Source of the DNA: Spirochaetia bacterium
GTDB taxonomy: Bacteria > Spirochaetota > Spirochaetia > JAFGXN01
Assembly: GCA_034120015.1 (NCBI GenBank)
Contig: JAXEIF010000005.1
Coordinates: 7,467 to 71,466 of the forward strand
Length of the DNA: 64,000 nt
Reading direction: 5' to 3'
The notes below the pieces were generated by a model. The model made no database searches. It was not told the origin of the DNA and was given only the letters and a program-made list of their open reading frames with translations. The translations under genes and the position numbers were made by a program. Below, piece by piece: positions 20,405 through 28,596 of this stretch (the stretch's first letter is position 1; each line of letters begins with the position of its first letter).

Positions 20405-21969
20405 AATTTTACAGAACTGTTTTAACATCAATGGGAATGGGGGCAGCGGCTTTGGCCGTTGCCGGCTGTCCCGAAGAACGCAAACCGATTTATCCCGACC
20501 AACTGACAATGCCGGGAACCGGAAACGACCAAAAGGCGGTCAAAACCGCATCCGAATACGGTATCAGCGAAAAGCCGAACGTTATTTTTATTCTTCTTGA
20601 CGATGCCGGCCACGGCGATATCAGCTGTTACGGGCAGAAGAATTTTCAAACGCCCAATATTGACAGTCTGGCAAAGAACGGTATCCGCTTTGTCAACAAT
20701 TACGCCGGTGCCCCGGTCAGTGCCTCATCCCGCTGTGCACTGTTTACCGGTAAGACGACCGGACACAGTGCCATTCGCGGTAATCTCGAACTGGGCGCCG
20801 GAGTCGGGTTGGATCCCGCAACCGTCACCAAAGAAGGCCAGGAAGGACTCCCCGATTCGGAATATACTCTGGCACAGTTATTCAAAGAGAACGGCTACAA
20901 CACCGCCCTGGTCGGAAAATGGGGTATGGGAATGCCGATAAACAACAGCTCTCCACTGAACAAAGGATTTGATCATTATTACGGACACCTTTGCCAGCGG
21001 ATGGCGCATTCCTACTTTCCCGATCACGTTTGGGAAGACGATTCAAAGGTTGAATTCAAGGACAACACAGGGATGACCGGAAATGTGTGGCTTCACGATG
21101 AATTCGAAAAGAAAACAGCCGAATATCTGACAACATACCTCGCGGAGTCCACACCGTTTTTTCTGTTTTGCACCTACACCATTCCGCACGGCGCTCTGCA
21201 AATCCCGGACGGGAAACTCAACGATGCGAATTATCATCCTTACACAACCGCCGAATGGTGGAGTAAAGCTTCGGATGATATGAAACGGTATGCGATTATG
21301 ATGCACCGCGTGGATCTGACTGTCGGAAAGATTATCGATCAGGTTGAGGCAGCAGGAAAACTGAACAATACCCTGATTCTTTTTTCCAGTGACAACGGAC
21401 CTGCCGACGAATACGGCGCCGATCCGAATTTTTTTGAAAGCGCCGGACGTTTCGGCAATGAACGGCTTCGCGGCATTAAACGCGCTTTGTACGAAGGAGG
21501 TGTTAAAGTTCCGTTTATCGCATCATGGAACGGAACAATCAAACCTGCCGAAAGCCTGCATATCATGGCCGGGTATGACATTATGGCGACGATGGCTCAA
21601 ATATTGGGAACCGATTTATCGCAAAAAACAAAAACCGACGGACTCTCTTTTCTTCCGACATTAATGGGCGATACCGTCAACCAGAAAGAACACCCCTATC
21701 TTTATTGGGAATTTGTCGGCAATACGGCTTCGGAAGGCGGCGGCCCCCGGCAGGGAGTCCGCAGCGGTGACTGGAAAGCGATTTTGAACTTCGGAGTAAC
21801 AACTTCGGCCAAAGCAGGCGAAGGGAATATCGAACTTTACCATTTGGGCGATGATCCCGGAGAGGCTGATAATGTCGCCACTCTTTACCCCAATATTATT
21901 GCGTCGATGAAACAAATTATGATAAACGCTCATGACAACAATGATAAATTCCCTCAAATAAAAAAATAA
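20401..21969 (+). CDS. Sulfatase-family (alkaline-phosphatase superfamily) lipoprotein with a non-canonical active-site motif
   Basis: Lipobox 'LAVAGC'. 'NVIFILLDDAGHGDISCYGQ…TPNIDSLAKNGIRFVNNYAGAPVSASSRCALFTGK' aligns with the sulfatase signature, but C-x-P-x-R is replaced by S-A-S-S-R. A start at 20401 gives an ATGA overlap with the upstream stop; the ORF track starts at 20389. Confidence 0.8.
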   Translation: MKFYRTVLTSMGMGAAALAVAGCPEERKPIYPDQLTMPGTGNDQKAVKTASEYGISEKPNVIFILLDDAGHGDISCYGQKNFQTPNIDSLAKNGIRFVNNYAGAPVSASSRCALFTGKTTGHSAIRGNLELGAGVGLDPATVTKEGQEGLPDSEYTLAQLFKENGYNTALVGKWGMGMPINNSSPLNKGFDHYYGHLCQRMAHSYFPDHVWEDDSKVEFKDNTGMTGNVWLHDEFEKKTAEYLTTYLAESTPFFLFCTYTIPHGALQIPDGKLNDANYHPYTTAEWWSKASDDMKRYAIMMHRVDLTVGKIIDQVEAAGKLNNTLILFSSDNGPADEYGADPNFFESAGRFGNERLRGIKRALYEGGVKVPFIASWNGTIKPAESLHIMAGYDIMATMAQILGTDLSQKTKTDGLSFLPTLMGDTVNQKEHPYLYWEFVGNTASEGGGPRQGVRSGDWKAILNFGVTTSAKAGEGNIELYHLGDDPGEADNVATLYPNIIASMKQIMINAHDNNDKFPQIKK

Positions 21970-21984
21970 TAAAAGGAGAAATCT

Positions 21985-23571
21985 ATGAAAAAGAAATCAT
22001 TACTGTTTTTAGGCGTATTAACCGCTTCGGCTCTGTTTTTCGGATGTCCCGGACCGGAAGAATCGGCAGACGCCACCTCTCTGACATTGACGACACCGCA
22101 GGCCTACCTGGCCCCCGGACTGACAATGACCGTCACGGCTACTGTCAAACCGGAAGGATTTCCGGTCACCTTTTCCTCCGACAATATGGGCGTTGCCTCC
22201 GTCAGCAATAAAGGGGTTGTATCGGGCGTTTCCGAAGGAACGGCAACAGTTACAGCCGCTGCCGGAACAAAAAAAGCGAGCGCAACCGTGACCGTTGTGC
22301 CCTATACGTCCGTTTCGATAGCGCCTCTTCCTGAAGACGATTACACTATTCCCAATACAACGTCAAAACAGCTGACACTGAAGTGGGAACCTTCCGGTGT
22401 TTCAGTTGCTCCCGAGATTATCAAATGGGTCAGTTCCAATCCGGACGCCTTCCCGGTCGATAAAAACGGACTGGTCACCTCGAACAGCGATACGGAATCA
22501 GCTGAAATTCATGCCGAAATTTACGACGGACTGATGAAAACAAAAGCCGTTACCGTCAGCGGGGACGAAGCGCCTCCCGTTCCGGCACCGGTTGTCGAAA
22601 ATTTGCGGGCATTCACCGGTGATGCCCGTTACACCATTTACTGGGATGCAGTAGAAAATGCAACGGAATATAAACTTTATTGCACAACTGACACCGCCAA
22701 ACCGGCAGAAGCAACTGCCACATTAACAGAAACATCTCATCATGTTACATCTGCAACAAATGGAGAAACAATCAACATTTGGGTCGAAGCAGTCGTAGCG
22801 GGCACCGTTCAGATCAATGACCCGGCACACACAACTGTAACGGTCGGATACAACGGAAACAGCAATGCATCGATTACAGTCGATTCGCAAACCTACACAC
22901 TCGACCGCGAAGTCGATTTCCGCGAAGGAACTTTCGAACAGAAATGGCCGACATCGACAATACTTTACAGTGTCGATTCAGAGACAGGTATTTTAACGCA
23001 AAAAGGCGGCAGCGGTTCTTCCGGTAGCAGTTATATGGATGAGGCTGACGGAGCCGGAGCCAATTCACGCTTAATCTGGACTCCGCCCGCAGATGTGCTT
23101 CCGATCTCCGAATACAGTTATATCGAGGTTGAACTGAAAACTTCACAGCCGTCGGGCACCCCTGGATTCTGGGTCGTTCTGAACCACAACAATATCATCA
23201 GTTATGAACTTGTTCATTATAACAACAATAATCCGAACGGATGGTTTCTGTCTTACGGTGGTGAATGGCGCAGTAACGGAAAAACACAAAAATTTCATGC
23301 CGGATCAGGAATTTCACTCCCTTCTCAAGGCGATATTCATAAATTCGGAATTTTATTTCCCGATAAAACACCTTCAAAAATACGAATCTATTCAGATCGA
23401 ACAACGGCCTACGTTAATAAGAATAGTTTTGACGGCGGAAATGCTGCGTCGGCACCTCAATCATGGACAGAGAATATACCGACCTATTTCGAATTTATCT
23501 TCGGAGCAGCCGACTGTCCGAACTATACGGCAGAAATTTCCAAAATCCGCTACTATAAAGCGTCCAACTAA
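21985..23571 (+). CDS. Surface lipoprotein with Big_2-like Ig domains and a C-terminal beta-sandwich domain of unknown function
   Basis: Lipobox 'LFFGC'. Big_2-like segments are present (…GVVSGVSEGTATVTAAAGTKKASATVTV…). No catalytic motif was recognised. Confidence 0.55.
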   Translation: MKKKSLLFLGVLTASALFFGCPGPEESADATSLTLTTPQAYLAPGLTMTVTATVKPEGFPVTFSSDNMGVASVSNKGVVSGVSEGTATVTAAAGTKKASATVTVVPYTSVSIAPLPEDDYTIPNTTSKQLTLKWEPSGVSVAPEIIKWVSSNPDAFPVDKNGLVTSNSDTESAEIHAEIYDGLMKTKAVTVSGDEAPPVPAPVVENLRAFTGDARYTIYWDAVENATEYKLYCTTDTAKPAEATATLTETSHHVTSATNGETINIWVEAVVAGTVQINDPAHTTVTVGYNGNSNASITVDSQTYTLDREVDFREGTFEQKWPTSTILYSVDSETGILTQKGGSGSSGSSYMDEADGAGANSRLIWTPPADVLPISEYSYIEVELKTSQPSGTPGFWVVLNHNNIISYELVHYNNNNPNGWFLSYGGEWRSNGKTQKFHAGSGISLPSQGDIHKFGILFPDKTPSKIRIYSDRTTAYVNKNSFDGGNAASAPQSWTENIPTYFEFIFGAADCPNYTAEISKIRYYKASN

Positions 23572-23590
23572 TCGAAACAATCTCCAAACG

Positions 23591-23617
23591 ACCCCGCTTC
23601 GGCGGGGTTTTTCTTTT
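23591..23617 (+). terminator. Rho-independent terminator after the Big_2 lipoprotein gene
   Basis: GC stem 'ccccgc-ttcg-gcgggg' followed by 'tttttctttt'. Confidence 0.8.
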
Positions 23618-23671
23618 AAACACATTCCCTAAAACGGCTGAATCGGTTATAATAGCGTAAAGGAAACAAAT

Positions 23672-24517
23672 TTGATCAGTGCAGACTCCTATCATCGTCT
23701 TCAAATGAAGAAAAAAATATCAAAAGGCATTCTTTTAACGGACGGAACACAGGATGTCCTTTTACCGGCCTCCGACTCCCGTCCTCTTTTTCAAAAAGGA
23801 AAGGAAATCGAGGTTTTCGTCTACAACAATCGGGATTCGCTTCGGGCAACCGAAAAACACCCTAACGGTCTTCGCGGCGAGTTTGCCGCTCTCACAATTA
23901 AAAGTATTGAGAAATTCGGTATTTTTGCCGACTGGGGGATTCCGAAAGACCTGTTTATTCCCAACCGCAATATCGATCACGATGAATATGAAAAAGGGGA
24001 AAAAATTATCGTACGTCTGATTCCCAATTATGACGATGACACAACGATCGGCGACTGCTACATTGAAGATTATCTTGATAAGGCAGACGGCGCTTACGAA
24101 CCGAATCAGGAAGTGGAAATCCTGATTTACCGCATAACAAAACTGGGAGCATCCGTGATCATTAATAACCGTCACGCAGGACTGCTGTATCAAACGCATG
24201 CAGGCAAAGCTTTTCATGTCGGCGACAGGCGCCGTGCCTACATCAAAAAAGTTCGTGATGACGGAAAAATCGACTTAAGCCTGTTTCCCCAGGGATACCG
24301 GGAATCTCGCTCGGCAGCCGAAAAAACAATACTGGAAACTCTGGAAAAAGCCGGCGGACGTCTTCCGCTCTCGGATGCCAGCACTCCTGCGGAAATCGAA
24401 TCGCTCCTCGGGATGAGTAAAGCGCTGTTCAAACGCACTATCGGCAGCCTTTACAAGAATAAACAGATTTTTATCGGAAAACTGGAAATCCGTTTAAGGG
24501 ACTTTCATCAACGGTAA
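23672..24517 (+). CDS. CvfB/YitL-family S1-domain RNA-binding protein. An alternative start exists at the internal MKKKISKG.
   Basis: 281 aa with tandem S1-like OB folds (…GKEIEVFVYNNRDSLRATEKHP…GEKIIVRLIPNYDDD…), like conserved virulence factor B proteins. Confidence 0.6.
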   Translation: MISADSYHRLQMKKKISKGILLTDGTQDVLLPASDSRPLFQKGKEIEVFVYNNRDSLRATEKHPNGLRGEFAALTIKSIEKFGIFADWGIPKDLFIPNRNIDHDEYEKGEKIIVRLIPNYDDDTTIGDCYIEDYLDKADGAYEPNQEVEILIYRITKLGASVIINNRHAGLLYQTHAGKAFHVGDRRRAYIKKVRDDGKIDLSLFPQGYRESRSAAEKTILETLEKAGGRLPLSDASTPAEIESLLGMSKALFKRTIGSLYKNKQIFIGKLEIRLRDFHQR

Positions 24518-24591
24518 AAATAACCGTTTTCCCCCAATTCATCTGCTACGAAGATGTACCGCATCATCAGGCAATAAACGGTAAACGATAC

Positions 24592-24616
24592 AAAAAAACC
24601 GCGTCCGAAGACGCGG
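24592..24616 (-). terminator. Intrinsic terminator for the minus-strand GH16-like gene at 24636-25961
   Basis: Stem 'ccgcgtc-cgaa-gacgcgg' preceded on the + strand by an A7 run, which is the U-run on the minus strand. It lies between convergent genes. Confidence 0.7.
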
Positions 24617-24635
24617 TAAAGACGTAGGTAAAGTG

Positions 24636-25961
24636 TTACGGAGCAGTTGTCGCAAAATCTGTCCGACCGCCATACCATTTCGCTGAATCAGACTCTAAAG
24701 CATAGAATGCGAAATAATCGGCATACATTACATCATACGGTTTGATAGCTTTGGTTCCGTCCGGCATATACTCTTTTAAAAACAGTTCATGATCATTATT
24801 CCACTGTCCGATTTCGGTACTGTATTTAATCTGGATCGGATTAAAGGCATCATTGGCCAATTTTGCTTTCTCATTGGCTTTTGACAGCCAACTTTTCACC
24901 GCTGTATCGGCTTTTCGTACCAATTTCTGCTGACCGTCAAACCACATAATAAACCCTTCGGGAGCCCAGAACATGGCCAATGTGAAGTACGTTTTTTCTT
25001 TTAATTTAGGCTGAATCGACATATTTCCGACCGCACCGTAGCCGTCATTGGCCCGCAAGCCGTCAATGGTTTTCATATCGTGTACAGTTCCGAACTTATC
25101 CGATGAAGGCGGCGTACCTCCTTTTTTCAGTTCTTCGATACCCGGATAACCGCCATACCAGTCCCAGCAGTGTTCGGCCTGCCACTGCGATCCGGTTGCA
25201 ACCTCAACCCATTCATACATGTCGTACTCGTAAACCTGCTGACCGTTGAACCCCTGCCACTCCTGGGGCGCCCGATTATTTTCCGAATATTTATCGGTTT
25301 TCTGCTTTTTATCGGCTATCTTTAACGAAAGCCCCATCTCCGATAACATGTTATCCGTCGGTGTAAACAGCTTCTTTTCACCGTATGCGCGACTGAACGG
25401 ATTGTTACTTTCCGCCCACCAGGCGTCCCAGTGAGTGGCTGTTTCTTTATCCATCAGAATCCGGGTTTCAAAATAGCCGTAAGGGAACTGCCTGCGGGAA
25501 TGAATCGCTCCCGACAAAGCATATCCGTCACGGACCTTCTTGCCGTCTTTATCGTAAACCGGAAGATTCTGATCATACATCGTTCCGATGACCAAAAATC
25601 CGTCTTTCAAGGTGACGGCTTTCGGCGACCAATACGGCTGTTTAAACCGGTCATTTTTATACCCCATTAATCCGTCATCAAATTTAACTTCTTCGGGTTT
25701 CTCGTAGCCCATGTTTCCGACTTCCGGTTTGTTATATCCGGGATTTCCGATATCCCAATCTTCCTGAAACGACTGCCAATCGGTAAACTCATCCGAATAC
25801 GTACGGGTCAGCTTCAAATTTTTGTATTTCACATCCAAAGCCGATGCATCAATCGTCACTTCCTTTAATGAGGATTTTGCCTGTAAAGAAGAAATCTCTC
25901 CCGAAGGACAAGCCGTCAGCGCAGCCGCTGCCAGCGGCAACAATAAGAATTTTTTCTTCAT
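24636..25961 (-). CDS. GH16-like glycoside hydrolase lipoprotein (short paralog)
   Basis: 441 aa with lipobox 'ALTAC' and the motifs 'WDIGNPGYNKPEVGNMG', 'KQPYWSPKAVTLKDG', 'HSRRQFPYGYF', 'HWDAWWAESNNPFSRAYGEK' and 'YEYDMYEWV'. Confidence 0.65.
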   Translation of the reverse strand: MKKKFLLLPLAAAALTACPSGEISSLQAKSSLKEVTIDASALDVKYKNLKLTRTYSDEFTDWQSFQEDWDIGNPGYNKPEVGNMGYEKPEEVKFDDGLMGYKNDRFKQPYWSPKAVTLKDGFLVIGTMYDQNLPVYDKDGKKVRDGYALSGAIHSRRQFPYGYFETRILMDKETATHWDAWWAESNNPFSRAYGEKKLFTPTDNMLSEMGLSLKIADKKQKTDKYSENNRAPQEWQGFNGQQVYEYDMYEWVEVATGSQWQAEHCWDWYGGYPGIEELKKGGTPPSSDKFGTVHDMKTIDGLRANDGYGAVGNMSIQPKLKEKTYFTLAMFWAPEGFIMWFDGQQKLVRKADTAVKSWLSKANEKAKLANDAFNPIQIKYSTEIGQWNNDHELFLKEYMPDGTKAIKPYDVMYADYFAFYALESDSAKWYGGRTDFATTAP

Positions 25962-26074
25962 AAAACTCTCCTAATAAATTAAATATATTTTATTGTCTCA
26001 CGCATTTATCTGTTTGTCAAGAAAGATTTTCCCGACTGATCTATCCGTCCGGAAGTTTCCGGCCGGTTCATCCT

Positions 26075-28477
26075 TTAATCATTCACATCATTCCCGATTG
26101 CCGGGTACTTACCGCCTGTATCCCATGCATAGAAGGCAAAAAATTCGGCTACCGTTGAATCGGGCTTCTCTTCGGTCAATGTGTCTCTGGCATCATAAAT
26201 CAAATCGTGATTATTATTCCATTGTCCCAGTTCGGACGAATATTTCACCTGAATCGGAGCCCATTCATCGGCAGGGAACGGCGTCGGACACTCGGCATTA
26301 CCGAAACAACCTTTATAAAAAACTTCACGGGCAGACGAAGTCGGAATATCGTTAAAATTCCAATTCCAATCGGACGGGAAATTATACATTCGAACCAGTC
26401 CGTCGGAAGTCACCAGCATTGCCAAATAAAACCAATCCTGACTGCGAGCCTGTCCGGCATCCTGATAAGAATGATAAATCCGCCCTACAGCTCCTTCCTT
26501 ATCATTTTTTCTGAAATCATTTGTTATATAATAATTTCCGTCACTACCGCCGCCGTAAGTCGCCCCCTGACTCATACGGTCGTCCCACCCCGGGTATCCG
26601 CCGTACCACGACCACATATGCGTAACCATCCACTGTGTATTATCGTTTGAAACCCACTCATACATATCATATTCGTAGACCTGTTGCCCGTTCAATCCGC
26701 GGGCGGCTGCATTGGAATGCAAATTATTCTCATTGTTGAATTTGTATTTTGCAATTTGATTTATCCCCGCAGCGGCTCCCGGCGGCATAAACAGCGTTTT
26801 GTTGCCGTATTCTTTCGAAAACGGATTATTGCTTTCCGCCCACCAGGCATCCCAATGGCTGGCGTTTTTACTGTCCCGTCCGGAGAAATCATGACGGATT
26901 TTAGTAACAAACAATCCACTCGGAAACTGCCGCTTCGAGTGTACGGCTCCCGCCAATCCGTATCCGGATTCCTGATTCGCTCCCTTATTTGGGATAAAGC
27001 TATCGCCGGCCGGTTCGGTCGTACTGTCTGTTGTTGTCGAAATATTTTTGTTGGGGATCGTTTTATCGTAAAAAACATCAATCCAAAGGCAACCGTCCTT
27101 AATACGAACGGCCTTAGGAGACCAGTACGGCTGTTTATAGCGGTCATTTTCGTACCCCCGAATGCCGTCCGGTCCGAACGTTTTCGGACCGCTCAATTCA
27201 AGTCCCATATTACCGATCTCAGGACGCTGAATTCCGGGGTTTCCGATATCCCAATCGGCCTCCAGTGTCTCCATAGAGTCAAACGGATCGTAATATGTCA
27301 GACTGAGAACCTTTCCTTCGACAGCGACTTTTGCGGGAATCATGCCGGGTGCGGGCGGCGTAACGGTTTCAATGATATCTCCGTTTTCGTCGAACTCAAT
27401 CACTTCGATTGATTCGTCTAAATAGTAAAATGCAACATGATCGACAGTAACGGTAACAGACTGATTTGCATTGTTATCTTCCGTTCCGAAATAGAGCCAA
27501 TAAGTTTCTTGAGAAGGAATCTCGAAATTATCGGGATTTGTAACCGAATAGATCGAAGTAGCGTCAAAAAAAGACATCAATAGATTTTTTTCAAAAATCA
27601 TCCCGTAAGTATGATACGTATTCGGTTCAACTGAAAAACCTTTTGGACTTCGACCTCCTTTCAATCTGGCTTTGATCGAAGCATCCCAGTTGTTAAAAAA
27701 TTCATTGGCCCATCCGCGTTTTTGATTTTGATTAATTGGATTTGTATCAGTTTGAGCAGCATCCACTGTTCCCAAACCGCAACCGATAGCCGTATTTAAT
27801 CCGTTATTACTGAGAGATGCGGTTATTTCCACATATCCTAAAGTTTTGCCGGCCTCTACTCCCGGATAAAGTGCCTCGGCAATAGTTAACGGATAGCTGA
27901 CGCCGCCCGTCACTGCCGCATTACCGGGCGTTTTAAAAGTCAGCTCTCCCTTTTCTGAGTCTACTTCAAAAACGGCGTCATTGGGACAATCTTGATGTTG
28001 CGTCCATTCTTTTCCCACACCGGTTTTCGAAAAATCAAACAGTGAAGCAATACGATAGCCTTTTCCGTTACGATGAACCACTTCCTGAACACCTTCCGGA
28101 ACCTCGACCGAGCACGTTGCCTGTGCTTTCGAATTTGCTTTACTGATTGCCTTCAACTCAACTGTTCCGGCAGTATTGCCGGCAACAAGAACAGTCACAT
28201 TGCCTTTTTGAACCACATCCACAATCTCTTTGTCGGACGATTGCAGGATAAATCCCTTTTCTGCGGCGGTCGTGTTTACAGTAACCGCAATGCGGGAAGC
28301 AGTATTTTTCCATAACGTCATTTTGCTCTGACCGAAAGAAATTTCAACCGCAACATCCTTATTACCGCCACTTCCGCCTCCTTGATCCACGGACGGACCG
28401 GGAGGTGGACATCCTACCGAAAATAATACCGCAAGAATAAAAAGCAAACCTTTCTTCATAAACTTTCTCCTCTCCAT
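26075..28477 (-). CDS. GH16-like glycoside hydrolase lipoprotein with an N-terminal Ig-like/Big domain and a carbohydrate-binding-like module (tandem duplicate 1)
   Basis: 800 aa with lipobox 'FSVGC' and a Gly-rich linker. It has the same C-terminal motif set (WDIGNPGIQRPEIGNMG, HSKRQFPSGLF, HWDAWWAESNNPFSKEYG, YEYDMYEWV). The N-terminal 350 aa are highly similar to those of the 28597 gene. Confidence 0.65.
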   Translation of the reverse strand: MERRKFMKKGLLFILAVLFSVGCPPPGPSVDQGGGSGGNKDVAVEISFGQSKMTLWKNTASRIAVTVNTTAAEKGFILQSSDKEIVDVVQKGNVTVLVAGNTAGTVELKAISKANSKAQATCSVEVPEGVQEVVHRNGKGYRIASLFDFSKTGVGKEWTQHQDCPNDAVFEVDSEKGELTFKTPGNAAVTGGVSYPLTIAEALYPGVEAGKTLGYVEITASLSNNGLNTAIGCGLGTVDAAQTDTNPINQNQKRGWANEFFNNWDASIKARLKGGRSPKGFSVEPNTYHTYGMIFEKNLLMSFFDATSIYSVTNPDNFEIPSQETYWLYFGTEDNNANQSVTVTVDHVAFYYLDESIEVIEFDENGDIIETVTPPAPGMIPAKVAVEGKVLSLTYYDPFDSMETLEADWDIGNPGIQRPEIGNMGLELSGPKTFGPDGIRGYENDRYKQPYWSPKAVRIKDGCLWIDVFYDKTIPNKNISTTTDSTTEPAGDSFIPNKGANQESGYGLAGAVHSKRQFPSGLFVTKIRHDFSGRDSKNASHWDAWWAESNNPFSKEYGNKTLFMPPGAAAGINQIAKYKFNNENNLHSNAAARGLNGQQVYEYDMYEWVSNDNTQWMVTHMWSWYGGYPGWDDRMSQGATYGGGSDGNYYITNDFRKNDKEGAVGRIYHSYQDAGQARSQDWFYLAMLVTSDGLVRMYNFPSDWNWNFNDIPTSSAREVFYKGCFGNAECPTPFPADEWAPIQVKYSSELGQWNNNHDLIYDARDTLTEEKPDSTVAEFFAFYAWDTGGKYPAIGNDVND

Positions 28478-28539
28478 AAATATTGTACAATGATTTTTTC
28501 AATTTATAAAATTAATTTAAATTTATCTCAATTCATTTA

Positions 28540-28572
28540 AAATGAAAAGAGTGGAAAGTTGCCTTTCCGCTC
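28540..28572 (-). terminator. Weak candidate terminator after the 28597-30912 gene
   Basis: Hairpin 'ggaaag-ttgc-ctttcc' with a partial U-run on the minus strand. Confidence 0.3.
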
Positions 28573-28596
28573 CATACAAGTATGTTCAGAATATAT

